This document shows, in pieces, positions 24,653 through 35,130 of a stretch of DNA of 46,828 nucleotides. Source of the stretch: a virus (Duplodnaviria; Caudoviricetes); IMG/VR virus record IMGVR_UViG_3300020161_000581, positions 1 through 46,828 of that record; one strand, 5' to 3'. The notes under the pieces are model-generated. The model was not told where the DNA came from, searched no databases, and worked only from the letters and a program-made list of their open reading frames with translations. Positions within the stretch are counted from its first letter, which is position 1. Each line of letters starts with the position of its first letter. The position numbers and the translations under genes are program-made.

Positions 24653-27085
24653 TTATACGCTAGCTGAATAAGATGTCGAATATGTTTGTCCATTAGTTCC
24701 TAATATTGTTGCTTGATAGCTTCCCCATCTACCAGCAGTAGTTCTTGGCGTATCACCCTCTTCTGAGCCTATTCTATAATTATAGCTATTGCCTCCTAGG
24801 CTGACAAACCCAGAGCTATATGATCGTGTATTAGAAGCTATTATAGTTCCAGAGGAGCTTCCCGATCTAATTCTCCATGGATAGCTAGGATTACCAGAAG
24901 TACTTCCACTGTAAGAAGCATTATTCCATCCCCAACCAATTATATTATTGCTTGCCCCTCCTCTTGCAAATGCTGGGGGGTTTGTGGTTAGTGATATTGA
25001 CGGAGTAACAAATGAAGATGTTGTGGTAAAACTATAGTTAGCCGATGCCGAATTACCAGTAGAAGAATAAACAGTAACAGTTCCAGAATAGGATGTGCTT
25101 GAAGATAGACCAGAAAAGGTATAACTATTAGCAAAACCAATATTTGTACCGTTTACAGTAGAATAAGATTGATTACTTGATGACCAGTTAATTGTTGCAC
25201 CGCTTGTATTAACATTAGTATTTGCATTCATTGTGATTGTTGGAATTAATGGAGCCTGAGTAACAGTAAATTGATATCCAGAGCTCCAAGCGCTTGCTAA
25301 TGCTGAAGGGCCAACGCTTGTTTCACCAACTGAAGCAACGGATCTAACATATGCATACCAAGCAGCGCTAGGGGAAGTAGGTCCAGTATTATCAGTTAAT
25401 GGATTTGATGATCCAGAAGCATCTGGTGTTACTGAGGTTGTTGGTGCGACTCCAGTAGTCCAGTACATTTGATAAAAAGGACCAGACCCTCCAGTAAAGT
25501 AAACTGACACTGGTTGCCCACTAGAATTACCAGCAGTTACATTATAAATAGATGGTGCCGTTAAAACATTTGAAATTGTTACACTTGCAGATGATGATGA
25601 GTAATCTGGTATTGTTTGTACATAAGCGGTATAGGATCCAATTGAGCTATAAGTGTTTGATAAGCTATATGTCGGGTTACTGGTTCCATATGTCGGATAA
25701 ATCCAGCCACTATTATTGCCATCTCCATAAACAACTCTATATGCATATGGATAAGAATTTAATGCTGACGGATAACTTTGAATTGTTCCTGAAAACGTTA
25801 CAGACGTTCCTGGGCCACCAGAAGTTGGTGTAGCGGTAATAGTACCCAAAGATGTAGGATCAATATCATACCAGTCAAATGCAACGCTAGTTGATACAGT
25901 ATCTCCTAGTTCCCAATAATATCTAACCCCACCTACCACTGTACTTATTTCATACTCCCAGGTCCATCTTGAAGCTCCACCGCTATATGTTGACCCATTA
26001 AATATTTCTGGGATAGAAAAATAATCATACAGATAAGCATCCGAGCCAGAGATGGTAACGTTACTTATATTTCCACTACCGTAATAATCATCTGTAAAAG
26101 CAATCCATGCCGCAGATGCTGCTGCAACTGACTGTGTGTCTGGATTCCAGTATGCTGAAGTTTGATTATTAAATACTCTATACCTAACTCTAAATGTTGA
26201 AGAAGAGTTTACTCCAGAAACTTTCCAGCTTAATTTTGTTGATGTTGCTGTAACTAGGTTTCCTTTATTGTTAAATCCATTATTGTCATTTGAATCTTTA
26301 AATGTAATATTTGATATTCCTATTGCCTGCCCTACCGTTGATGTTGCACTGCTTGTTGAAGATGCGGATCCACCCGTATTCGTAGCTGTTACTTCTACTC
26401 TTATAGTGTGATTAATATCTGATGGTTGAACAATATATGTAGAAGAATCTGTTCCTATGTTATCTCCAGTGTCCCCCCAATACCAGCGATAAGAAAATGT
26501 ATCTGGGGAGGTGTCTCCGCTATTTGTTGTTGTATTTTTCCAATATGTACCAACTGTTGTTAATGCTGTTAGTGTTGAATTAACTGTTGCGGAACCGCTT
26601 ATAACTGGTATAGCTAAAGCTACTGGGGCATACTTTATAATTAATATTGAGTTAGAAAATGCAACAGAGTCTCCGCTTAAATTTGTTGCAGTTACTCTTA
26701 ATTTAACCCATCTACCATTTACTGCGCTAGTTGTTGTATATGTTGATGAGGTTTGGCCAGAAGTTTGTGTTGTTCCAAATACTCCTTCTTCGCCATTGTT
26801 ATTTGATGCACTAAGCCATTGTCTTGAATAGGAGTTTGTTCCATTTGGTGACGTCCATGTTCCAAGAGTTCCACTTAATGTGCCGTATAAATATTCACTA
26901 CCAGTTATTACTGGTGCTACTGTATTGGCTGGAACAAGAAGTCTTGTAAATACTCTTGTCCATGTACTTGCTGCCGTTTTTACCCATACGCCTAAAAGTT
27001 CTGTCCAAGTAGTTGCACCTGTTTTATTAAATATAGAGTTTATTTTTGTCCAAGTAGAGTTTCCAGTTTTTGTCCATACTGTCAT
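24653..27085 (-). CDS. Ser/Thr-rich tail fibre/adhesin with Ig-like, PKD-like and FN3 domains
   Basis: PANTVAPVITG...VTATN Ig repeats, YGDG..TYSSIGSY PKD-like, ATINW...GLSSSTSY FN3. Confidence 0.7.
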   Translation of the reverse strand: MTVWTKTGNSTWTKINSIFNKTGATTWTELLGVWVKTAASTWTRVFTRLLVPANTVAPVITGSEYLYGTLSGTLGTWTSPNGTNSYSRQWLSASNNNGEEGVFGTTQTSGQTSSTYTTTSAVNGRWVKLRVTATNLSGDSVAFSNSILIIKYAPVALAIPVISGSATVNSTLTALTTVGTYWKNTTTNSGDTSPDTFSYRWYWGDTGDNIGTDSSTYIVQPSDINHTIRVEVTATNTGGSASSTSSATSTVGQAIGISNITFKDSNDNNGFNNKGNLVTATSTKLSWKVSGVNSSSTFRVRYRVFNNQTSAYWNPDTQSVAAASAAWIAFTDDYYGSGNISNVTISGSDAYLYDYFSIPEIFNGSTYSGGASRWTWEYEISTVVGGVRYYWELGDTVSTSVAFDWYDIDPTSLGTITATPTSGGPGTSVTFSGTIQSYPSALNSYPYAYRVVYGDGNNSGWIYPTYGTSNPTYSLSNTYSSIGSYTAYVQTIPDYSSSSASVTISNVLTAPSIYNVTAGNSSGQPVSVYFTGGSGPFYQMYWTTGVAPTTSVTPDASGSSNPLTDNTGPTSPSAAWYAYVRSVASVGETSVGPSALASAWSSGYQFTVTQAPLIPTITMNANTNVNTSGATINWSSSNQSYSTVNGTNIGFANSYTFSGLSSSTSYSGTVTVYSSTGNSASANYSFTTTSSFVTPSISLTTNPPAFARGGASNNIIGWGWNNASYSGSTSGNPSYPWRIRSGSSSGTIIASNTRSYSSGFVSLGGNSYNYRIGSEEGDTPRTTAGRWGSYQATILGTNGQTYSTSYSASV

Positions 27086-27089
27086 ATTA

Positions 27090-29015
27090 TCAACTCGTAC
27101 TAAAAAATATGTCGCCTATTCGGGCGGAGCCAGTTACACCATTAATTGTTGAAGAGGTTCCTTGTGAGCCATAGTAAAATGCTCTTCCTGTGTGTAGCCA
27201 CCCATCATCATCTCCAACAACAACTGTTCTTGATGGACTATACCCGTTTGGATCTGGCTGGTGAAACTCTGGAGCTCCAAGATTATTTAAATGGTATCCC
27301 CTTGCAAAAGTTCCAGATTGAGAAATGTCAATTCTAAATGCTAAACTAGATGAACTACTGTTTCCTAAATAAGAACTTCCATCTGTTTTTGTACTAAAAT
27401 ATCCAACGTTACCAGCAAATGTACCTACTGAAAATTCAGGAGAGTTAATCCAAACTCCGCTGCCATGAGTTATGTATCCTCCACTTATTGTTAATGTACC
27501 GTTATATGTTCCGATACCAGTAGAGCTAATGTCTGCTCCAGTTACCGTTCCTCCTACAATTGAAGATCCAGTAATTGTAGATCCTGCTGTAATCTCCCCA
27601 GCTAAAGATACATTTCCATTTGATGTTGTTAAAGTAAATTTATTACTTGCAGATCCTCCATTGTAATGAGTTATTGAATCTGGTGCAAGTCTTATGTGTG
27701 CGCCAGAAGCTGGCCCCAAATAAATAGATGGACTATCTCCGCTATTTATTTTAAGTGTACCTAATGAGTTTTGTAAGTAAGACTCTGCTAAAGTCCATCC
27801 TCCAACGGTTCCCGCTTTTGCTCTTATAACACCATTTGTTGAAACTCTAAAATCTGCGTCTGCATAGTCTGCGTCTCCTAGCCATATTCCAGTTGCTGGC
27901 TCTGCTTTGAAAACTGCATCGCCTGTTCCAATAGAAAGATTTCCAGTAAATGTTCCAGAGCCTTTTATTGCTAATGTTCCAGTAGATCCTCCAATAAACT
28001 CAAGAAGTTTTGTTTCTCCATCTGTTCCATAAATAACTAATGGTGTGGTGGATCCACCTATTTCAACTCTTGCTCCACCGCTTGCGCCAGCTTTAATATA
28101 GGCATCTGCATCTAGGAACCCTGTTTTAATTTCGCTTGCAGGAAGCATATCTACAGTTATTGGGTTTCCGATTGCTGATACTGGTTGCCCGTTAGCTAAA
28201 TTATTAGAATTAATTGTGTCTATTTTTACATAATAAGGAACTCCATATTCTAATTTAGCATCAGTAGATTTATTAATAACTGTGCCTACTCCTATTGAAA
28301 CCTTATTAGATCCGTTTGCAAAATTTAATGTATGCACCCAATTGTTATCACTTGTAACAAAATCTGCACTCGTACCAATAAATACTTTTGCTCCCGCAAA
28401 AGACCCTGAAGTAAAGTTTTCAGTTCCGCCTTCTCCGTTATTTTTCTTTCCATCCCACTCAACAATTACTGATGCAAGTCCTGCTGTTAATGCTGGCGCA
28501 GAAGGATCTTCTGGATTTATAGCAGACTGTCCAGATTTTATAACAGTTACAGGTCGTGCATCGCTAACCGCCGACTTGCTTCCATAATTTGAAATAGCGT
28601 ACAGAGCTACTAAATAGTCTCCTGCTGGTGCTGCTATTGTTTGTGTTCCAGCTACCTTAAAGCTTGCTGCAGCTTTTGTTGCATCAAATGGAGATCCATC
28701 AATAAAAATATCTATTCTATCTATATTTGTTATGGGCTTGCCAGACTTGTCGTTACCATTCCAAGTAATTTTAATAAAGCCATCATCGCCAACAACATCT
28801 GTTAATCCAAGATTTGGACTTCCTGGTAAAGTTTCTCCTATGGTTGTTAATAGTTTAGATGCTGACCATAATCCAAATGTGCCGTCTTGGTATTTCCATC
28901 TAAATTGAATTGGATAATTTTCATTTAAATCAAGGTCTGTTACTGTTACAATAAAATAGTTTCCGTTTTCAACTGCAACGGAATTATCTTTTAACAAATC
29001 TTGATATGCTGCCAT
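27090..29015 (-). CDS. Minor tail protein with FN3-like domains (central-fibre-like)
   Basis: FN3-like ITWNG / VEWDG segments, AGTVGGWTL, G/T/S-rich beta repeats. Confidence 0.65.
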   Translation of the reverse strand: MAAYQDLLKDNSVAVENGNYFIVTVTDLDLNENYPIQFRWKYQDGTFGLWSASKLLTTIGETLPGSPNLGLTDVVGDDGFIKITWNGNDKSGKPITNIDRIDIFIDGSPFDATKAAASFKVAGTQTIAAPAGDYLVALYAISNYGSKSAVSDARPVTVIKSGQSAINPEDPSAPALTAGLASVIVEWDGKKNNGEGGTENFTSGSFAGAKVFIGTSADFVTSDNNWVHTLNFANGSNKVSIGVGTVINKSTDAKLEYGVPYYVKIDTINSNNLANGQPVSAIGNPITVDMLPASEIKTGFLDADAYIKAGASGGARVEIGGSTTPLVIYGTDGETKLLEFIGGSTGTLAIKGSGTFTGNLSIGTGDAVFKAEPATGIWLGDADYADADFRVSTNGVIRAKAGTVGGWTLAESYLQNSLGTLKINSGDSPSIYLGPASGAHIRLAPDSITHYNGGSASNKFTLTTSNGNVSLAGEITAGSTITGSSIVGGTVTGADISSTGIGTYNGTLTISGGYITHGSGVWINSPEFSVGTFAGNVGYFSTKTDGSSYLGNSSSSSLAFRIDISQSGTFARGYHLNNLGAPEFHQPDPNGYSPSRTVVVGDDDGWLHTGRAFYYGSQGTSSTINGVTGSARIGDIFFSTS

Positions 29016-29016
29016 C

Positions 29017-30087
29017 CTAGATATTCCAGTTCAAATCTAACTTATACTCAAGATCTAAAGATCTTCCAGCAAGTTTTTTAATTCCATAAAAAGTTCCACT
29101 TCCAGAAACTGTTCCTGTATTGTTTAATGAAAGGGTAATTGTTGTATCTGACATGCTGCTAATTAAAGCACCTGTTGCTATTCCAGTTCCAGATACGGGT
29201 TGTCCTATAAATAAATTATTAACAGAACCTACCGTTATGGTGTTTTGCCCAGATACTCCAGACACGGTAGTTGTTGTAGATACAACGGATCTTCCAATTA
29301 ATCCAAAGTTTGGATCAAATGTGTCTTCATCATTTATTCTTAATCCATCAAATCCAACGTAAGTTGTTTGTCCTGCAGATGGGGTTATAGTTATTCCTAT
29401 TTTTATAATAGATGACTTATCTGGTGCTACGGCTGTTGCCCCATTAAAAATTTCTGACATTGGGATATCTGCCGTTAATTTGTTTCCAGTCCCAGATGCT
29501 GGTGTAATTACTTTTTCAAAATACTCTGTGTCTGAGCTATAGAATCTAATTTTTATAGATGATAAATTCTCATCTTGTTTGTAATATGCTAATCTTAAAG
29601 TATCATTAACGCTATATCCAGATAAATCTAAATTAACTGTGTTTTGGATATATTCGTTTGCAGAGGTTGCAGCTGATTGCATAAGTAATATAGTGTTGCC
29701 AATTCTTTGGCTTCCAGTTAAATAATCTGATTTAAATCCGTCTGAATCTGTCCAGTCTGTATATGTTGCAAAATCTGTTATAAATTTACTATCAAAGTTA
29801 TTTATTGAAGACCTTGTTGATGGATAAATACCTATTTCATTAATGTGACCTTCAACATCTTGTGGAATTGTTGCTTTAAAAATTACAGAGTAGGTCGTGG
29901 AACCTTCTACGGTTTGAATGTCTGTTGTGCCAAATGAAACTGGTACTCTATAAAATTCGAACCCAAGTCTAGTATCATTTTCGGTATCTGCGGTGTAGTC
30001 AATCCCTATGGCAATATCTTTATTTAAGGCAGATACGTTGCCAGCCATTTGATCGGTTAAAAATCTTTTTCCAAATTTTGTTATCAT
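29017..30087 (-). CDS. Minor tail/baseplate protein (tail-collar-like fold with inserts)
   Basis: MITKFG...IAIG...INEIGIY...EYKL framework; start at ATG 30087 with AGGAG RBS. Confidence 0.55.
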   Translation of the reverse strand: MITKFGKRFLTDQMAGNVSALNKDIAIGIDYTADTENDTRLGFEFYRVPVSFGTTDIQTVEGSTTYSVIFKATIPQDVEGHINEIGIYPSTRSSINNFDSKFITDFATYTDWTDSDGFKSDYLTGSQRIGNTILLMQSAATSANEYIQNTVNLDLSGYSVNDTLRLAYYKQDENLSSIKIRFYSSDTEYFEKVITPASGTGNKLTADIPMSEIFNGATAVAPDKSSIIKIGITITPSAGQTTYVGFDGLRINDEDTFDPNFGLIGRSVVSTTTTVSGVSGQNTITVGSVNNLFIGQPVSGTGIATGALISSMSDTTITLSLNNTGTVSGSGTFYGIKKLAGRSLDLEYKLDLNWNI

Positions 30088-30097
30088 TATTCTCCTA

Positions 30098-30898
30098 TTA
30101 AATTGGTGTAGAGTAACTAGACCTATATGTAGTACCATTTGTTCCTACTACAACTGTTCTTACTCTTAGCCATCTTGATGAAGATGTAGCACTAGTATTT
30201 CCATCTCTAGAACTTACTCTATATTGCTTCATGCTTCCACCAATTCCTATTTGCTTACTTGTAGATGTTGAGTATGTTAATGTTCCGCTATCTAACGTTG
30301 CTGCTGAGGTTCCGCTTGATGAACTAATTATCCATTCATATGATACAGAAGAATATGATCCAAGTCCAGAAACATTGTCCCATCCCCAAGATATTGCTGC
30401 TCCATCTCTTTTAAATATAACTTGTGGAATACCTGGTGTTGGAGTAATAAATTCTACGGACTTTGTAGTGCTTGTATTTGAAACAATTGGCACTACTGTG
30501 CTAGGGTTAAATATTCTTGCGTCTACACCTGCAATATTAGTTGGGTTTTTACTAGAGTTTCTAATTTTAATTAATGCTCTAACTTTTTGCAATTTAGAAA
30601 CAGTGTCATAATATGGCTCATAAACAACACTTTCTATATCGCTTAATGATGGAATGTCTAACATTTCATCTATTGTTATTGGATCTCCCGCTAGAATGTC
30701 TTGATTTTCTAATGTATCTGGGGTGGATATGTAGGCATACGGATTAGAGTTTAAATATTTAGAATAGTCTATTGACCCACCTTTAACTGCAATATAATCA
30801 TTTGGATGTAAATGTATAGCGTCTGGGTGGTCTATTGGAAGGGCTATTACTGATCCTCTAGTAATGTCCTTGATATCTGTTCTAATATTTTTAGCCAT
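30098..30898 (-). CDS. Minor tail protein with C-terminal beta domain shared with 24653..27085
   Basis: Tail-module position; C-terminal alignment with the fibre protein. Confidence 0.55.
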   Translation of the reverse strand: MAKNIRTDIKDITRGSVIALPIDHPDAIHLHPNDYIAVKGGSIDYSKYLNSNPYAYISTPDTLENQDILAGDPITIDEMLDIPSLSDIESVVYEPYYDTVSKLQKVRALIKIRNSSKNPTNIAGVDARIFNPSTVVPIVSNTSTTKSVEFITPTPGIPQVIFKRDGAAISWGWDNVSGLGSYSSVSYEWIISSSSGTSAATLDSGTLTYSTSTSKQIGIGGSMKQYRVSSRDGNTSATSSSRWLRVRTVVVGTNGTTYRSSYSTPI

Positions 30899-30904
30899 AT
30901 TTTT

Positions 30905-30913
30905 ATTATACCA
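30905..30913 (-). promoter_or_regulatory. Extended -10 promoter TGGTATAAT, leaderless geometry
   Basis: 6 nt between -10 and ATG; no RBS. Confidence 0.65.
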
Positions 30914-30919
30914 TTTCGC

Positions 30920-32629
30920 CTATAAGGTTCGACAGGTTATCTGGGTCTCCAATCCTTGAGAGTATAAATGTTTTACATTGGTTATTATAAAGTTTTCTGT
31001 TCCCGCTAATCCATGATATGAATATTTAACTCCGACCATGTCTCCGACTGAAATAAGTGGGTTTCCAAATATAGACATATTTATAACTTTACCTTTATTG
31101 ACTACATGCGTTTTTATCCAAGACGCAAGTGATTTAACATCTGCCTCTGTTTGTAGCCATGTTGACTGAAATATAATTGGCTCTACGGTTGTATAGTCAT
31201 TTAATCCGTCAGTCTTATATTCTAGCTCTCCAGAGCTTCCAAGAGTATTGCCATATATATATAAGCTTGCCTCTAGCCCATTAGATACTGGTACGCTGGT
31301 AGATGTATTATTTAATATATATGCCTGTGCTCCAAAATTAGATATTTTTTGACCAATAATACTTGCATAGTTATTTATACCAGTACTCCATTTAATTGGA
31401 TATGACGGTCTACTATCATACTTAACGTCTACTTTTAAAATTTCTCTTACAACTGTTCCGAACTCGTCTAGGGCAGTTAATTTTTTGTTCCCAGAAGATA
31501 TCTCATCTTGTGTATAATTTCCCATATATGATAAATCCCCGAAAGATGTGTTAATTAAATCATTTCCAAATTGACCTTTATAAAAATTTAAATCAAATGT
31601 TGAGTCTGCATACTGGTAATCTTTTAATTCATTTCCGTAGACATAATCAAATGCAACTTCTCCACGGCCACATATAACTGCAACTTTATTAGTTGGTGCA
31701 AGAATAGATGTTTCTAGCAAAGCAACCTTGTTTGCTGTTTTAACAGTTGAGTCTTGATAGCTAACCTTGTAACCATTTATATAAGCATCAATATTTACAA
31801 CCTTGTTTTCTATCTTTACCTTTACATCGATATTGTATATTCTTCCACCATAGATTCCTTCTACCGTAGACTCTGTTCTTGTTCCAATTTCTTTTAATGG
31901 CTTTACTTTATTTCCTACAAATTTAACAATTCTTACTGATTTTTTATCTGCTGCCGCTGCGGATGATGTAGATTCTATTAAAATATAATATCCAGTTTGC
32001 CCCAAACTATTTATAAAAAATCCCAATCCTCCCATTTGATTTGGATTTTCAACAGTATTATCTAGAATTAAACTAGTTCCATATGAAAAATATCCCACAT
32101 TGTATTCATTTCCATTTGCCTGAGAAACTGTTTTTGTTGTTGGAACAACAATGGCTGGGAATTCTCTAGAAGCAATAGCGTATCTTTTTGCTAAGTAGTC
32201 TTGCTCCGTAACAGATAAAGCCATGTATGATTTTGCTACTTTAAAATCTTTTGGAGTAGATGAAAACGTTTGTATCGAAATTCCATCGGTTGGCATTGTG
32301 TAATTTTTTTGCTGTATCCCGTACCCCATGTTTGAATTTAAATATGGTACTACTTGAAAATCATAGGTTGCGCCCATAATTAAATTATCAATAATGAAAG
32401 GATCGGCAGTTTTGCTTAATGAAACCTCTGCAGATGCTGGGTCATTTATCCATGCGCCACTAGAGTAGATCTTTTTTTGTATATAAATGCTGTACGATGT
32501 TGGATTAACAGACCACTCGTACGTATCTATATTTATTTCCACTGAGGTATAGGACAATGGATTTATTACTAAATTTTTAACAAATGCTAGTCCAGTATAG
32601 GATCCTCCGACTGGATATATGTCACGCAT
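30920..32629 (-). CDS. Minor tail protein (N-terminal FN3, C-terminal hub-like motif)
   Basis: IIDNLIMGATYDFQV FN3; GNPLISVGDMV tail-hub motif. Confidence 0.65.
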   Translation of the reverse strand: MRDIYPVGGSYTGLAFVKNLVINPLSYTSVEINIDTYEWSVNPTSYSIYIQKKIYSSGAWINDPASAEVSLSKTADPFIIDNLIMGATYDFQVVPYLNSNMGYGIQQKNYTMPTDGISIQTFSSTPKDFKVAKSYMALSVTEQDYLAKRYAIASREFPAIVVPTTKTVSQANGNEYNVGYFSYGTSLILDNTVENPNQMGGLGFFINSLGQTGYYILIESTSSAAAADKKSVRIVKFVGNKVKPLKEIGTRTESTVEGIYGGRIYNIDVKVKIENKVVNIDAYINGYKVSYQDSTVKTANKVALLETSILAPTNKVAVICGRGEVAFDYVYGNELKDYQYADSTFDLNFYKGQFGNDLINTSFGDLSYMGNYTQDEISSGNKKLTALDEFGTVVREILKVDVKYDSRPSYPIKWSTGINNYASIIGQKISNFGAQAYILNNTSTSVPVSNGLEASLYIYGNTLGSSGELEYKTDGLNDYTTVEPIIFQSTWLQTEADVKSLASWIKTHVVNKGKVINMSIFGNPLISVGDMVGVKYSYHGLAGTENFIITNVKHLYSQGLETQITCRTL

Positions 32630-34655
32630 TTTGCGTCACCAAAGTTCCAGTCCAGGAATATCCTGTTGAGGGCACACCGCTAGCATTATGTGCAGCAGCT
32701 GTGGTTCCTAGAGCACCTCTTGTTTTAACTCTATAGGCGCCATTTGGTTTAAAGTAAATTTCTGAATTGATGTTTGCTGCTCCTACTTTTGAAAAGTTTC
32801 TATATTTGTTTACGTCTGCTGAATTTTCTATCCATATATTAATAAAATTAGATCCATTATTTGAAACGTTTGTCTCGGTCAATGCATCATATATTGTTGA
32901 CGGAGTTAAATCTTTTGGAATATACTGATATCCAATAGCATCAAATTCAATTATTTCTGAGTCTATGAGAAAGTAGCCATTAAAATTAAATCCAGATTGG
33001 AATTTACTATATTTGTCTAAGGTCCCAAGGTCTAGGATAATTTTACTGCTACTTGATGTTAATGTTTCTTTTAGCCCCCCCGCAATTAAATAAGAAGTTG
33101 GGGATTGCCATAACGGACCAGAGGCTCCTAGATACGTTGAAGATATTGGTGTAGACCACAAAATTTTAACTTGATTTGCAGATGCTATTTCTTTTTGATC
33201 AAAATCAATAATGTTAGGAAGAGAGTCTCCATCTTTTTCATAATAAAAATTCCAGGATTTTTCTGTTCTTGAATACATATAGTTTCTACTATAGAATTGT
33301 AATATGTTATTTTCATCCATAACTGCATTCATCTGTATGTCTCTACATAACTCTTGAATGCTTTCCCATACTGTCTTTGAGCCATCTGTCCAGAAATAAT
33401 TAATAAATGGAATAGATGAATCTGTATCTGATGTGAGATTAAAATAATAGTTAGTAAACCCTACCGAATCGAGTAGTCTTCGTATGACTGCAGTTGCTGG
33501 ATAATACTCGCACAAAATATCTGGGGCTACCGTTTCCATTAAATATTTTGTGTTATCTAAAGCTGTTATTGAAGATTCACCGTAGGTATCTATATCCCAG
33601 TTATCTACATAGTAGTATCCTTGTGACACCTTATCATAATTTTTAGAGCCTTCTGCTATTGCCCCATTTGAATGATATATTTTAAAGTACGGATATAAAA
33701 CTGCATTCTTATATATATATGTTAATGCACTATCCAGCGTTGAGGTCCTATTATATGAAATATATTGTGGTGAAGATTGATTATATTTTGCTAAATTTAA
33801 ACTTAAACTATTTGCCGTTAATTTTCCAACTGGCAATATGTCTTCTGATGACGAAGATGACTCTTTGTTAATTTCAAATGATACTACATCTGAGGATATA
33901 TCTTTGATCCATCTTGCTGAAACCTCTATGAGTCCTATAATTTTTCCTGCACCAGCACTTGGGGTTGTAACATTAATTGATTTAATTGAAAGTGGTGTTC
34001 CAAAAGACATTGGCTCCGTAGGAGTTGTTGATGACCAAGACGCACCATTATAATACAATGTAACGTTTCCGTCGGATGGAACTGATAAGGCGCTTGCGGC
34101 AGTTACTTGAGTGTTATCCGATTTTGTTATAACAACTGTGTAGGTGGACGGTAATGTATGATTTTTTTCAAACCTTAATACAATTTTATTTGTAAGGGCA
34201 TACCGTGTTCCAGATGTGGCATAGTTTATTGTTACATTGGCCCCCGTGTTTATTGGTGTTACCCAATACTTATAAAATGTTTCAACCCCTGGATAATATA
34301 TTCTTGGCTGTGCTTCTGGGTATTTAACAGACCTATATGATGAAAATGAATTTGTATATGTGTCGGCATCTGCTAATATAAAATACTTAATGCCAGAGGA
34401 TGTTGGCCTGAATGGTTTTATAAGTGAGTCTACAGGAAACAATTTTTTATAAGGATTTGGCCTACTTGATGGCCAAGATGGTTGAGATATAGCGTTAACT
34501 ATTTGCCCAGTATATGCCGAGTCTGCGATATTATTTGTTGCAGATATATTGTCAAGCATATTGTTCATGTTATATTCAATATAGCATCCTGAGTCTATTT
34601 GAATGTTGGTGTTATTATAAAGTGTATTCTTTAAATTAGTTGAAGCTGTTATCAT
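32622..34655 (-). CDS. Minor tail / tail hub protein
   Basis: Second gene after tape measure; TVWESIQEL...DENNILQF hub-like motif; IDSEII..RG.LGT.AA.H. Confidence 0.65.
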   Translation of the reverse strand: MITASTNLKNTLYNNTNIQIDSGCYIEYNMNNMLDNISATNNIADSAYTGQIVNAISQPSWPSSRPNPYKKLFPVDSLIKPFRPTSSGIKYFILADADTYTNSFSSYRSVKYPEAQPRIYYPGVETFYKYWVTPINTGANVTINYATSGTRYALTNKIVLRFEKNHTLPSTYTVVITKSDNTQVTAASALSVPSDGNVTLYYNGASWSSTTPTEPMSFGTPLSIKSINVTTPSAGAGKIIGLIEVSARWIKDISSDVVSFEINKESSSSSEDILPVGKLTANSLSLNLAKYNQSSPQYISYNRTSTLDSALTYIYKNAVLYPYFKIYHSNGAIAEGSKNYDKVSQGYYYVDNWDIDTYGESSITALDNTKYLMETVAPDILCEYYPATAVIRRLLDSVGFTNYYFNLTSDTDSSIPFINYFWTDGSKTVWESIQELCRDIQMNAVMDENNILQFYSRNYMYSRTEKSWNFYYEKDGDSLPNIIDFDQKEIASANQVKILWSTPISSTYLGASGPLWQSPTSYLIAGGLKETLTSSSSKIILDLGTLDKYSKFQSGFNFNGYFLIDSEIIEFDAIGYQYIPKDLTPSTIYDALTETNVSNNGSNFINIWIENSADVNKYRNFSKVGAANINSEIYFKPNGAYRVKTRGALGTTAAAHNASGVPSTGYSWTGTLVTQNA

Positions 34656-34656
34656 T

Positions 34657-35130
34657 TTAGACCTCTACCAGGGTTATTGATACATTCCAAAATGGCTGCG
34701 TTCCTCTTTTTAATACTGTAAAGCTGCAGTTGCTAAATACAACATTGTATTGTTCATAGTTTGCTGACTCTTGATTAGTTCCGTCTTTTGCCAAGTTTAC
34801 TCTAATATTAAATGAAGACTGTCCTTGGGCGCTACTGTAGAATGTTCTTAAATCTTCAGCTCCCCATGCCCCGTCTACTGTAAAGGTTCTGTAGGATGGA
34901 AGCATGTCCCATGACAATGTAAATGTCTTTTTATCTGCTATAAAAAACTTTCTAAGTGTTCCATTAGACATTCTTTGTTGCTTTTCAATGCGATCAGTTG
35001 AAATATCAAATTGAGATCTATTATGTTCTGAAACCTTGTTATATTTTAATGAACCATCTCCGCCATTTGCAGATGAGTCATAGCCTTGTATTTGAAGGAT
35101 AGAGCCTCTAGGCATTGTTACTGTTGTCAT
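34657..35130 (-). CDS. Distal tail (Dit-like) protein
   Basis: Directly after tape measure; RMSNGTLR, LSW, ends VSITLVEV. Confidence 0.65.
   Translation of the reverse strand: MTTVTMPRGSILQIQGYDSSANGGDGSLKYNKVSEHNRSQFDISTDRIEKQQRMSNGTLRKFFIADKKTFTLSWDMLPSYRTFTVDGAWGAEDLRTFYSSAQGQSSFNIRVNLAKDGTNQESANYEQYNVVFSNCSFTVLKRGTQPFWNVSITLVEV

Noticed and set aside
24653-30451. Diversity-generating retroelement TR/VR pair
   Set aside because: Similarity is protein-level and diverged, not adenine-specific; no reverse transcriptase in the window
30920-34655. Frameshifted single tail gene or pseudogene
   Set aside because: An 8-nt start/stop overlap is ordinary coupling; no slippery heptamer noticed
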